Positions 16,724 to 25,725 of a stretch of 64,000 nucleotides of DNA are shown piece by piece (the first letter of the stretch is position 1; every line of letters begins with the position of its first letter). A model generated the notes under the pieces. The model searched no databases. It was not told where the DNA came from and was given only the letters and a program-made list of their open reading frames with translations. This DNA comes from a virus. Where the stretch lies: positions 1 to 64,000 of the IMG/VR virus record IMGVR_UViG_3300023174_000096; one strand, given 5' to 3'. Both the position numbers and the translations under genes were made by a program.

Positions 16724-17797
16724 TCAGAAGCCGAACAGGTCGTCGATGGACGTTGGTGCGGTGGTGTGTCGGAGGCAGTGGGGTGAGAGCCACAGACGTT
16801 CCCGGTGCTGTTGGCTCCCCTTGTGGGATTGATTTGCCATGCCGCCCTTGAGGAATCCCTCTCGGTACCACTCGACGGCGGTCCAGCCTTGGGTTTCGAG
16901 TTCTTGGTGCTCCGTGTCGTAGCCCGCCAAGACGATTCGGTACTTGGGGTTGTCCCCGTTGACCTTGCACCACCGCCTCACGTCGCTGGCGATGGTGCCG
17001 CTGTCCGAAGCATAAAGATCTCCCGTGCGCACATCATCCGCATACGGGGGATCGAGGAAAACGCCCGCGTGTCCGCCTTGTCGCACCGGCAGGGTCTGCA
17101 ACGCGCCGCTGGTACACGCGCGCGTCCAGTCCCCATTGAGCACGCGGACGTGCCGCAGCCTCGCGGACAGGAACCGCAGCCAACGGGTGAGCTCTGGCAT
17201 CGTCATCGGGTGGTACTCGGGCTCCGCTCCCACACCCTCCTCGCGCAGTTGCGGGCGGTTCATCCCTTGTCCGTTGCCGACAAGGTGCGGGATTTGACGT
17301 GCCACACCACCGTTCTTCGACCGCTTCGTGATGCGCCCATCGTCACCGACGACCCACGGCCCATCGCCGCTGCACCACCCGCTTCCGATCCAGCAGGACT
17401 GCCCCCACGCCCACCAGCCCGCCATCTTGGCGTCGTAGAAGTCGGGGTCGCCCATGAGGTGTTCGAGTTGTCGCTCGCTGCGCCACTTCACGAGGGCGAG
17501 GTGACGGGCGTGCATATCGGCCTCGCACACGGGCCACGAGGCAGCTTCGGCCACCGCATCGGGGTCGCGGATGATGGCCCTCCATGCGTTGCAGAGCAGC
17601 CCGTCCATGTCGTTGACGGTCTCGCTGTGGTAGGGACGGTTCGCGGTGTGCGGGCGACGTAGCAACACGGCGAGGGAGCCCGCGAAGGGTTCGACGTAGT
17701 GCTCAACGTCACCCAGCGCGGTCCAGACGTGTTCCGCCGCGTCGGCTTTGCCGCCGAACCACGGCCACGGGGTCTTGTAGAGGTTGGTGAGTGTCAC
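16724..17797 (-). CDS. DNA adenine methyltransferase (Dam/D12 class), paralogue
   Basis: PWPWFGGKA, YVEPFAGSLAV, FLDPPY. Confidence 0.9.
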   Translation of the reverse strand: MTLTNLYKTPWPWFGGKADAAEHVWTALGDVEHYVEPFAGSLAVLLRRPHTANRPYHSETVNDMDGLLCNAWRAIIRDPDAVAEAASWPVCEADMHARHLALVKWRSERQLEHLMGDPDFYDAKMAGWWAWGQSCWIGSGWCSGDGPWVVGDDGRITKRSKNGGVARQIPHLVGNGQGMNRPQLREEGVGAEPEYHPMTMPELTRWLRFLSARLRHVRVLNGDWTRACTSGALQTLPVRQGGHAGVFLDPPYADDVRTGDLYASDSGTIASDVRRWCKVNGDNPKYRIVLAGYDTEHQELETQGWTAVEWYREGFLKGGMANQSHKGSQQHRERLWLSPHCLRHTTAPTSIDDLFGF

Positions 17798-17813
17798 GGG
17801 CGTACCTTACGCC

Positions 17814-17860
17814 CTAGAAGCCGAACAGGTCGTCGAGGGTGATGGGTGTCGTGACGGGGG
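17814..17860 (-). pseudogene. Orphan C-terminal remnant (..TPITLDDLFGF*) of a third methyltransferase-like gene
   Basis: Same terminal peptide/nucleotides as both adjacent MTases; upstream space is occupied by a gene on the opposite strand. Confidence 0.55.
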
Positions 17861-17924
17861 CGGGGCGGGCGTAAGGGCGTGTGCCCCTGCCTGCACGTCC
17901 GTGCCCCGGGGCCAAGGAGTACCC

Positions 17925-19478
17925 ATGAAGCTCATTCACCGTGCCCGATGGAGCGATGCCGAGAAGCTCGCCGTGATGGCGGCGTACAACGCCACTGACA
18001 CTGCCGAGGAGTTCTTCCGGCACTTCCGGGCGTCCGTCCCCACCGCGCCTGTCCGCACCACCAAGGCGTACATCACCTACCTCTGCGAGACGATCCGCGA
18101 GGACCGCCGCCCCGTGTACGAGGACTTGAGTCGGATGCTCCAGCAGGAGCTCCGCAAGGAGAAAGAGAGGCTCGCGGCGCTCAAGGAGGCGCAGGCTCCC
18201 AAGGTCGAACCGCCCAAGGTCGAGGCTCCCAAGGTCGAGGCTCCCAAGGCTTCCATCCCCGACTACCTCGACGAGATCAAGGACGGGCCGATGGATGTCC
18301 CCGTCAAGACGCCCTCGCCCAACTTCGTGGGGGATGCCCGACCGAAGCCGACGCCTCACGCTGCCGTCCCTCGCCACTACCGGGTGCCCGTGTACACGCA
18401 GATGGACTTCTCCTATGCGGACATCGTGGCGTTCTTCGCCGTGCCCGAGGTGATGGTGAAGGCGGCTCTCGACGGCGGGGTGATCCCGTCGCACGAGGGG
18501 TCCGTGCGTCGCGAGGTGTTCATGGCCCTGCACGAGTCGATGTCCGATGGCTTGGACTTCGACGCGGCGTGCGACGTGATCCGTGAGAAGTTTCGTGAGA
18601 AGCCCATCGTGCCCGCCGAGAAGCTGTACGCTCCCACCGTCGAGAAGTCTCCCATCGAGCCCGACCCCTACTTGAAGGGACCCTTCCCCATCGAAAAGAA
18701 GCAAGAAGCCCCGACGCTGGACGACCCGAACTCCGACGCGATGGACGCCTTCACCGTCGAGGAAGCTGCCGCTGCGCTGGGCTTGACGGACACGGGCATC
18801 CTGCTCACGGCCATCAACCGCGATGGGTTCCCCGCCGTGAAGATCGACGGCAAGTGGTGCATCACCCGCGCCGACCTCAAGCGCGTGCGCGCCCTGCGGG
18901 AGTCGGGCTTCACCGTCGAGGAAGCCCTCAAGCGTGCGGGCGCACCTGTGCCCCCGACCTCCGTGCCCAGCGAGACTTCGTGGACCGACCACATCGCCCC
19001 GCTGACCCCGGAGGAAGCGGGTGAGACGGACGCGAGGCCCGACGTGGTGGACCGTGACCCGGTGTGGGAGATGGTCTCGCTGGAAGATCTGGCCAGCGAG
19101 CTCCACATTCACGTCGCCAGCGTGTACCAAGGGGTGTCCGACCACCCGCTGGTGCGGAAGCACGGCGACGATCTTGGCGTCCCCCGCCAAGCCTTCGACC
19201 TCATCGAAGAGAAGTGGCGGAAGTGCCGCAATCTCTCGGCGGCGTTCGACTTCGCCGCCGAGAAGCTCGGTGTCCTCCCCCCGCCCCCTGCGGAGATCTA
19301 CGTCGCAGAGATGGACGAGCGTCAGTGGGCTCTGGAGGCTCTCGGTGAGGGTGTCTTCACCGTCGAGCAAGCCCTCAAGATCGCGGGGGTGACGGACACC
19401 CCTCGCAACCGCTGGCCGCTGGGGCTTCTCGGGCGGGGCGAGATCACCCTCGCCCAAGCCGCGAAGCTGCTCCGTTAG
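17925..19478 (+). CDS. Multi-HTH (MerR/excisionase-like repeats) DNA-binding protein
   Basis: FTVEEAAAALGL..AINRDGFPAVKIDGKWCI and two related repeats; PKVEAP linker; SD aaggag. Confidence 0.7.
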   Translation: MKLIHRARWSDAEKLAVMAAYNATDTAEEFFRHFRASVPTAPVRTTKAYITYLCETIREDRRPVYEDLSRMLQQELRKEKERLAALKEAQAPKVEPPKVEAPKVEAPKASIPDYLDEIKDGPMDVPVKTPSPNFVGDARPKPTPHAAVPRHYRVPVYTQMDFSYADIVAFFAVPEVMVKAALDGGVIPSHEGSVRREVFMALHESMSDGLDFDAACDVIREKFREKPIVPAEKLYAPTVEKSPIEPDPYLKGPFPIEKKQEAPTLDDPNSDAMDAFTVEEAAAALGLTDTGILLTAINRDGFPAVKIDGKWCITRADLKRVRALRESGFTVEEALKRAGAPVPPTSVPSETSWTDHIAPLTPEEAGETDARPDVVDRDPVWEMVSLEDLASELHIHVASVYQGVSDHPLVRKHGDDLGVPRQAFDLIEEKWRKCRNLSAAFDFAAEKLGVLPPPPAEIYVAEMDERQWALEALGEGVFTVEQALKIAGVTDTPRNRWPLGLLGRGEITLAQAAKLLR

Positions 19479-20044
19479 CGGGTGAGCAGCGGCAGCAGGT
19501 GCGGGCGAAGGGACGGATTCTGGTAGGCCAGCCGGATGACCCGCGACCGTAGGCTCGCCGTCTTCGCGAGCTCTTCTTCCGACAGCACCCGGTTCTTGGG
19601 CACGCCGTGAACATCACCGTCGTCACCGAAGCCCACGGTGATGTGGAAGTCCTGACCCTCTGGGCTCAACCCCAGTGACGCCCGGAAGTCTCTCCCTCCC
19701 GGCCAATCGACCACCACGAAGTAGGCCACCTTGGTTCCCGACGCGGCGCTGCCTACGCCCTTGGGTCTCCATCCCCCGTCGAGGGGGAGCATCGCGATGA
19801 TCTTCTGGGCGTCGCTCTTGGACACGCCACGGGTGCTGGCGACGTAGTCCACGGCTTTCTTGCCGTCCTGCGGTCCCGCCAAAGTGACGTGGGCTTTGTC
19901 CCCGTCCCGCCTCACGCGGTTGGCGATGAGCTTCTGTGCTCGCTCCTCGCCCAACGCCGTAACGAGTACCCTCTCGGCTTTCTCTTGCTCGGCTTTGACG
20001 CGAGCGTCCGTGGCCATGATCGCGCCCTTGACCTCGATGTGCAT
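19475..20044 (-). CDS. 2H phosphoesterase with C-terminal LRPHLLPLL tag
   Basis: Two HxT motifs (AHVTL; DFHITVGF..DVHGVPK); C-terminal SLRSRVIRLAYQNPSLRPHLLPLL. Confidence 0.8.
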   Translation of the reverse strand: MHIEVKGAIMATDARVKAEQEKAERVLVTALGEERAQKLIANRVRRDGDKAHVTLAGPQDGKKAVDYVASTRGVSKSDAQKIIAMLPLDGGWRPKGVGSAASGTKVAYFVVVDWPGGRDFRASLGLSPEGQDFHITVGFGDDGDVHGVPKNRVLSEEELAKTASLRSRVIRLAYQNPSLRPHLLPLLTR

Positions 20045-20079
20045 ACCTCGCCGGGGGGATAGGGGGCGTAACGTCTGTC

Positions 20080-20247
20080 ATGAAGACCCAACCTCACCCG
20101 TCTCCTGCTTGTGGCGGGGGCTGGAACCTCCAGTACAACGCCTACTACCGTGCGTGGGCGCGTGGGCGGGGACTCACTCGGAGCGAGACACCCGTGACCG
20201 TGGGTTTCCGGGTCGCCCTGTCTTGGCGACGGCCACTGGGGGGCTGA
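20080..20247 (+). CDS. Diverged CLec VR mini-protein (55 aa)
   Basis: CGGGWNLQY...TVGFRVAL; GGGCGTAA 8 nt upstream. Confidence 0.6.
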   Translation: MKTQPHPSPACGGGWNLQYNAYYRAWARGRGLTRSETPVTVGFRVALSWRRPLGG

Positions 20248-20292
20248 CATGGACCCCCGTATCGCCCTCGATCAAGCCGCGAAGCTGCTTCG

Positions 20293-20526
20293 ATGACCCC
20301 GAAGGTCCCCACCAGCACCGTCACCGTTACGGGCGTGAACGTCGAAGGGTGCAACGATTGCCCCTTCCGCGACGACTCGGTCGCCATAGACGGGCACCCC
20401 TCGGTGTGCCGCCTCACGGGCCGTCAATTCGGTGTGTACCCGTACACGACCGGGGCATGGGAGACGTGCCCGCTGAAGCACGGTCCCGCCGTGGTCGCCC
20501 TGCTAGTAAACCCCGCCAAGGGGTAA
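20293..20526 (+). CDS. Small Cys-rich protein
   Basis: CNDCPF..C..CPL. Confidence 0.65.
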   Translation: MTPKVPTSTVTVTGVNVEGCNDCPFRDDSVAIDGHPSVCRLTGRQFGVYPYTTGAWETCPLKHGPAVVALLVNPAKG

Positions 20527-20624
20527 TCAGCCCGTTCCGCCAGCCCGTTCCGCAATCTCGCGGATCACGCCCTTCGACCGAATACCCAGCCGGGAAGTGA
20601 GCCCGTTAGGGCGTAAGGACTGAC

Positions 20625-21131
20625 ATGGACCCCCGTATCGCCCTCGCCCAAGAGTACGACGCCCTCGCGGAGATCACCGACCAGTATTACCGCGAACACG
20701 CCACCCGCCAAGAGCTCTGGCAGCAGGAAGCTCGCGTCAACCGTGCCCTCGCCGCCGTGTACCGGCACGAAGCCGAGAGTGACCTTCTCCTCCGCGCCGT
20801 CCGCGCCCTCGCGGGGCTCGACCCGGACGCCCTCAAGTCCATCACGCCCGAAGCGATGCACCGGGTGCTGGGTAGGCGGGGATGGACGAAGACCGGGGAG
20901 ATTCCGTGGGCTGGCGATCCGTCTCGCGTCGGGTTCCACACTTACGATCACCCCACGGCCCTCGGCTGCGGCGGCGACCCGATGGGGGTGATCCCGGCGG
21001 TGCTGGTGCCCGAAGGCCCGGATGCCCATGATTACCCGCGTCGGGTGATGGAGTGGGCCACGGACGTAGCGGCCCGACACGGTGACGTGGCCCCTGCGGA
21101 GGTGCTCGCGGAGGCGTGGGCGAAGCCGTGA
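20625..21131 (+). CDS. Hypothetical protein
   Basis: GGGCGTAA 8 nt upstream. Confidence 0.7.
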   Translation: MDPRIALAQEYDALAEITDQYYREHATRQELWQQEARVNRALAAVYRHEAESDLLLRAVRALAGLDPDALKSITPEAMHRVLGRRGWTKTGEIPWAGDPSRVGFHTYDHPTALGCGGDPMGVIPAVLVPEGPDAHDYPRRVMEWATDVAARHGDVAPAEVLAEAWAKP

Positions 21132-21289
21132 AGTCGTCGGTCAAAGCCTTTCGCGTCCGCCGCAGTAGCCCTTGGCTCTACGACGATCCGTCGTGGGTGC
21201 TCGCGTCTGCTCGCCATTCGCGCGTGCCCTCGGGATGTAACAGTGCGCTGGGTTTTCGCACGCACCTACCGGGAAAGATGCCGCGATGA
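21128..21289 (+). CDS. CLec VR mini-protein (53 aa)
   Basis: FRVRRSSPWLYDDPSWVLASAR...ALGFRTHL. Confidence 0.7.
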   Translation: MKSSVKAFRVRRSSPWLYDDPSWVLASARHSRVPSGCNSALGFRTHLPGKMPR

Positions 21290-21465
21290 ACCCCACCCCC
21301 AAGCAACCCAAGCCTGACTACCTCTACCGAGGGTTTCGCGGCGGGGCGTGGGACTACTCGACCGCCGCCAACGTGCGCGCGGCCTATCTCTTCGGCAGCA
21401 CGCCGACGCTCCGTGACTACCTCATCGGGTTTCGCTGCGCGCTGCGGGTAAGGGAACCCCGGTGA
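21286..21465 (+). CDS. CLec VR mini-protein, family 2 (59 aa)
   Basis: RGFRGGAWDYSTAANVRAAYLFGSTPTLRDYLIGFRCAL. Confidence 0.8.
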   Translation: MNPTPKQPKPDYLYRGFRGGAWDYSTAANVRAAYLFGSTPTLRDYLIGFRCALRVREPR

Positions 21466-21845
21466 GGCCCAGCAAGAAGCTCCTCGCGGAGAAAATTCGT
21501 GAAGCCTTGTCGGGCTACCTCGGCACGGTGAAAGACTCGACGACCATTCAGTCTGTCCGAGACCAAGTGCTATCGGCGTTGCCGACGAACTTCTCGGGGT
21601 CATTGGACGTGTCGCAGGACCCACTCGACCCCACCAAGATCAACGTGGTGGCGCACGTCCCGTTGACCTACGTCCAAGTGACATACATCGCAGAGCCTTC
21701 CGGGGACCACCACTACGTCGGCGGGTGTTGGCTCTCTGACGACCCCAGCAGGGTTCGCCCCTGCGCCGGGAGCAGGGTGGGTCCGACGAATCACACGGTC
21801 TCGGTGGGCTTCCGAGTGTGCCTACGGGGGAGGATGTTGCGATGA
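21462..21845 (+). CDS. Unknown ~80-aa domain fused to a diverged CLec VR cassette
   Basis: C-terminal YVGGCWLSDDPSRVR...SVGFRVCLRGR. Confidence 0.65.
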   Translation: MRPSKKLLAEKIREALSGYLGTVKDSTTIQSVRDQVLSALPTNFSGSLDVSQDPLDPTKINVVAHVPLTYVQVTYIAEPSGDHHYVGGCWLSDDPSRVRPCAGSRVGPTNHTVSVGFRVCLRGRMLR

Positions 21846-22030
21846 ACCCCACCTCCAAGCCCACCGCCGACAACCTTCCCCGCGTGTTTCGCGGCGGGTC
21901 GTGGAACATCACGTCCGCCACCTTCGTGCGCGCGGCGTTTCGCGACGACTGCACGCCGACGATCCGTGTCATCAACCTCGGGTTTCGCTGCGTCCTTCGG
22001 GGAAGGGAACCCTTGAAGGTGACCCCGTGA
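21842..22030 (+). CDS. CLec VR mini-protein, family 2 (62 aa)
   Basis: RVFRGGSWNITSATFVRAAFRDDCTPTIRVINLGFRCVL. Confidence 0.8.
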   Translation: MNPTSKPTADNLPRVFRGGSWNITSATFVRAAFRDDCTPTIRVINLGFRCVLRGREPLKVTP

Positions 22031-22257
22031 GCTTCGGCACCGGGAAGACAAGTTCTCGGCTGACCGAGATCGTCCTGCACACAACGGCGGATGCCCGCGC
22101 GAGGGCGGGGACCCTTCAGTACAAGGGTGGAAGCTGGTCGAACCGGGAACAAAGCTGGATGCAGATCACCCAGCGCCACGGCAACCCCGCGTACTACAGC
22201 AGCGTGGGACTGAGCTTCCGGGTTCACCTACCGGGACGGGCACCCCGTGGCGATTGA
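22027..22257 (+). CDS. Diverged CLec VR mini-protein (76 aa)
   Basis: YKGGSWSNREQSW...VGLSFRVHLPGRAPR. Confidence 0.6.
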   Translation: MSFGTGKTSSRLTEIVLHTTADARARAGTLQYKGGSWSNREQSWMQITQRHGNPAYYSSVGLSFRVHLPGRAPRGD

Positions 22258-22598
22258 AGGGGCTATCCGCCCCCTACGGTGAGATGACCGACGACTTCCT
22301 GCGCCGCCTACGGGAGCGCCTCGATCCCGCCCACGCTGAAGAGCTCGCGCGCTCGTACCACGAGGCGTGCGACCCCCGGTCCCTATCTTGGGACCAGCTA
22401 TCCTTGGACCGACGTACCCGTCTGACGGAGGCCATGCGCGTGCTGATTGAACACATCTTGGAGGAGCACCCCCACCTTTGGGCCGTGAAGTACGAGCTCG
22501 TCGTGTGCGAGCGGTGCGGTGTCGTCCGTCGCCGGGACGGCAAGAACCCCTCGTGCCCCCGCAAACCCCCCAGTGTCTTACCTCGACAGGAGCCCTGA
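22254..22598 (+). CDS. Hypothetical protein with C-terminal Zn ribbon
   Basis: HLW...CERCGVVRR..C. Confidence 0.6.
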   Translation: MKGLSAPYGEMTDDFLRRLRERLDPAHAEELARSYHEACDPRSLSWDQLSLDRRTRLTEAMRVLIEHILEEHPHLWAVKYELVVCERCGVVRRRDGKNPSCPRKPPSVLPRQEP

Positions 22599-22982
22599 GT
22601 GCCGAAGAAGTCCTCGCCGTCCCGGGTGTCACCCACGGACTCTCTTGACCTACGCATCCGTGAGTTGGCCGACCTCCCCGGTGGCTGGTACACCAACCCG
22701 GAGGGGGAGCGTCTCGGCAAAGCTCCCTCTTGGAAGGCCCTGTTGACCCTGCGGCGCTTCTCCCTCGCGTGGATGCCCGACGACGTGCGCGAAGACCTCC
22801 AGCCCGACGTGGAAGGCGGGGCGTCCCTGTTCTACGACGGGGACCGGGACGTGGTGCGCGTAAGGTTCTCGGACGACGGGACCGTGACCGCTGAACTGCG
22901 TGGTGAGAGTCAACCTCTCGACCTCACCGACATCACGCGCGCGGCGCAAGCCGTCCATGACCTCCTGCACAAGCGGAAGTGA
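22599..22982 (+). CDS. Hypothetical protein
   Basis: SD aggag; RIRELADLPGGW. Confidence 0.65.
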   Translation: MPKKSSPSRVSPTDSLDLRIRELADLPGGWYTNPEGERLGKAPSWKALLTLRRFSLAWMPDDVREDLQPDVEGGASLFYDGDRDVVRVRFSDDGTVTAELRGESQPLDLTDITRAAQAVHDLLHKRK

Positions 22983-22986
22983 CGCC

Positions 22987-23418
22987 ATGAGACTCACCTA
23001 CAACGCCGAAGCCAACGCCGCCTACCTGCACGTCAACCCGGACGGCACCCGTCCCAGTGAGTCCGTGCGACGGGACACCCACGGCCCGTTCGTGATCGAC
23101 TACGACGCGGACGGGAAGCTCTTGGGCATCGAGGTGCTCGATGCCCGCACGGTGCTGCGAGAGGCCACCCTCACTGCGAAGGACTTCCGCACGGTGCCCC
23201 CCACCGACGAGGAGGTGGACGCGCACGACGACAATGGAGGGGACTTCTTGGTCAGCTTCGACCACCGCTCTGGTGGCCCGTGTTGCCGGGTGATGGGAGG
23301 GGAGACGGCCAAGAAGTACGCCGCCTACCAGCGAAAGAACCCCCGACTCCATGTGTGGTACTGGCGGTCGATTGATTGGGACGGCAACCTCGTGCCGTGG
23401 CCCGTGGTGAAGCCATGA
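22987..23418 (+). CDS. DUF2283-like domain protein with C-terminal extension
   Basis: MRLTYNAEANAAYL...IDYDADGKLLGIEVLDA. Confidence 0.7.
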   Translation: MRLTYNAEANAAYLHVNPDGTRPSESVRRDTHGPFVIDYDADGKLLGIEVLDARTVLREATLTAKDFRTVPPTDEEVDAHDDNGGDFLVSFDHRSGGPCCRVMGGETAKKYAAYQRKNPRLHVWYWRSIDWDGNLVPWPVVKP

Positions 23419-23597
23419 CCGTCTACATCCCCGTCTCGTGTACCTGCGGGCCGTACTGGAGTGTCGTCCCGCCGCCTCCGTGCCCGGTGCATCGCGTCCC
23501 GTCGCTCTCGCAGCCCACTCCCATATCTCCGAAAGACCTCGCGGCGATGTACCGCCGGATGGCCGACGCGCTCGATCCGCCGACCAACGACAAGTGA
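23415..23597 (+). CDS. Small hypothetical protein
   Basis: CTC..W.VVPPPPCPVH; ATGA coupling. Confidence 0.55.
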   Translation: MTVYIPVSCTCGPYWSVVPPPPCPVHRVPSLSQPTPISPKDLAAMYRRMADALDPPTNDK

Positions 23598-23642
23598 TCG
23601 GGCGTAACAGAGGGGCCACCCAAGGCAAGGAGACCCCCCCCA

Positions 23643-23951
23643 ATGTCCAAGGCAAGCCTCAGCACCCCCGACACCTACGGTCTCGTCATGATCACCTCCG
23701 GTCCTTTCAAGGGCTGGGTGGGTGAGTACGACGACAATGACGAGGAGACGGGGTGCTACATCGTCTATCCCCTGTACCCCGTGGACTGCTGCCCGTACAA
23801 GCTGTACCGCTCCACGAGCATCCGCACACTCACCGAGGATGAGTTGGAGAATGCGGAAAAGCGCAAACGTGCCCTTCACGCTCTCGGTGGGGAGATTCCT
23901 GCACCGACGCATGAAAGTCAGTTACACCCGGACGCCACGCTCCGTGTGTAG
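23643..23951 (+). CDS. Small SH3/KOW-like protein
   Basis: VMITSGPFKGWVG; SD aaggag. Confidence 0.6.
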   Translation: MSKASLSTPDTYGLVMITSGPFKGWVGEYDDNDEETGCYIVYPLYPVDCCPYKLYRSTSIRTLTEDELENAEKRKRALHALGGEIPAPTHESQLHPDATLRV

Positions 23952-23954
23952 GGC

Positions 23955-24497
23955 ATGAACCCGTATCAGCATCTCGCCCAGCAAGCCCGGTACGTCTGGA
24001 CCGCCCGTGATGGTCTCGTCCACGAGTACGCATGGGCGATCCCGTGCGACGCGGCCATCGCGGCCATAGTTGGGCTCGGCAAGCCCGTCGTCGAGCTCGG
24101 GGCCGGGAACGGGTACTGGGCCAGCCTCATCGCGGAGGCTGGCGGCACCGTCGAGTGCTACGACCGCGAACCCGGAAGGCACATTCGCGGCGAAAAGAGC
24201 AAGCTCTGGCACCCCGTGTCGGAGGGGACGTGCGACGTGATCACCCGCGCGCACAAGGACCACGCGCTCCTGCTGGTGTGGCCCCCCTACGACAAGCCGA
24301 TGGGCACGGAGTGCCTCCTTCGCTTCATGGAGGCGGGCGGGAGCACCCTCGTGTACGTCGGTGAGGGCTCCGGGGGATGCACCGCCGACGACGAGTTCCA
24401 TCGCATCCTCGACGAGCACTGGAGCGAGGAGCAGTGCGTCTGCCTTCCTCAGTGGTCGGGGATTCACGACGGGCTCTCTGTGTATCGTGCGAAGTGA
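23955..24497 (+). CDS. Class I SAM-dependent methyltransferase-like protein
   Basis: VVELGAGNGYWA, LLLVWPPY, YVGE. Confidence 0.75.
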   Translation: MNPYQHLAQQARYVWTARDGLVHEYAWAIPCDAAIAAIVGLGKPVVELGAGNGYWASLIAEAGGTVECYDREPGRHIRGEKSKLWHPVSEGTCDVITRAHKDHALLLVWPPYDKPMGTECLLRFMEAGGSTLVYVGEGSGGCTADDEFHRILDEHWSEEQCVCLPQWSGIHDGLSVYRAK

Positions 24498-24850
24498 TGG
24501 GCACGAGCAAGTTTGAGGGCCACGCCCTGTGCGTGGCCGACTACGAGGAGAACTACATCTACGGGCTCGGGACCGACGAGACCGTGATGAAGGGCATCAG
24601 CGCCTTCGTCCTCGACGCAGGGGGTTCAACCGTCCGTGCGTCGGCCCCTATGGCGTTTGAGGACGAGGTGGACGAGGACGGCTACTTCAAGGACGTGAGG
24701 GACGAGTACCGCGAACTCACCGCCCGCAAGGCCCTCCCGGTGATGCGGGTGAAGGTGACCGTGGAAGTAGAGCCCCTGTCAGACGAAGAGTCCGCGAGGG
24801 TGTGGGAAGATCACTGCGCCAAGCTGCGGGCCAAGCGGGGTGAACCGTGA
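24497..24850 (+). CDS. Hypothetical protein
   Basis: Coupled ORF. Confidence 0.65.
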   Translation: MGTSKFEGHALCVADYEENYIYGLGTDETVMKGISAFVLDAGGSTVRASAPMAFEDEVDEDGYFKDVRDEYRELTARKALPVMRVKVTVEVEPLSDEESARVWEDHCAKLRAKRGEP

Positions 24851-25290
24851 CCCTGCGACGGATTCACTCCCCCCAAGAAGAACTGCTGGAACAAGCCCTG
24901 CGGGACGACGCCCGTCACTTGGACGAGATCATCGCCATCAGTGAAGCCCTCGGAGCGCCCGTGGACTCCTCGGGACCGGAGATCTTGGAGATCGCACGGG
25001 AGTTGGTACGCCGTGTCGAGGCGATGGATTCCTTGCTGCGCCAGCACCTCCCCAAGTGCGGCGAGTGCGGCGCTATCGCCACCCGGACGTACATCCACAC
25101 GGTGGGACAGCGGTGTTATGCGTGCGACGACGAGGGGTGCATCACGGAGCACTTCTGCGCGCAGTGTCACCAAGTCGCCCATGACACGGGCGAGCCCTGC
25201 CCCTTCTGCGGTTCCACCGAGTACACTCCCCGCGTAGAGGCCGACCTCACGAATCTACCCTTCGCCAACGTGCGACGTGCGACGTTCTGA
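24847..25290 (+). CDS. Zn-finger hypothetical protein
   Basis: CGEC, CAQC, CPFC. Confidence 0.65.
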   Translation: MTLRRIHSPQEELLEQALRDDARHLDEIIAISEALGAPVDSSGPEILEIARELVRRVEAMDSLLRQHLPKCGECGAIATRTYIHTVGQRCYACDDEGCITEHFCAQCHQVAHDTGEPCPFCGSTEYTPRVEADLTNLPFANVRRATF

Positions 25291-25339
25291 CGGGGGCGAT
25301 GTTGGAAGACCCCGAAGACCTGTAGGGCGTAACGGGGGT

Positions 25340-25546
25340 ATGGCAAGATCACGAAAGACCCCCGCTCCCTACGAAACAAACCCGACCGACACCCTCTACC
25401 GCGTCTACCGCGGCGGCTGTTGGTACGACAACGCACCGTCGTGGGTGCGCGCCGCGTCTCGCGGCGCGAACGTGCCTGCGTACCGTGACAACAACTTGGG
25501 GTTTCGGTGCGCGCGCGGGGGTTCCGAAAGGAAGGTGAAACCGTGA
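25340..25546 (+). CDS. CLec VR mini-protein, family 1 (68 aa)
   Basis: RVYRGGCWYDNAPSWVRAASRGANVPAYRDNNLGFRCAR; GGGCGTAA 7 nt upstream. Confidence 0.8.
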   Translation: MARSRKTPAPYETNPTDTLYRVYRGGCWYDNAPSWVRAASRGANVPAYRDNNLGFRCARGGSERKVKP

Positions 25547-25725
25547 GCAACCCCAAGACCGACATCCTCTACCGCGTCCTCCGCGGCGGCGGTTGGTACA
25601 TCCGCGAACCGTCGTGGGTGCGCGCGGCCATTCGCAGCACGAACGAGCCTGCGAACCGTGGCCTCAACTTGGGGTTTCGGTGCGCGCGCGGGGGTTCCGA
25701 AAAGAGGTCGGGGCGTAATACGGGC
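25543..25725 (+). CDS. CLec VR cassette, family 1; no stop, reads in frame into the FGE scaffold gene
   Basis: RVLRGGGWYIREPSWVRAAIRSTNEPANRGLNLGFRCAR. Confidence 0.7.
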
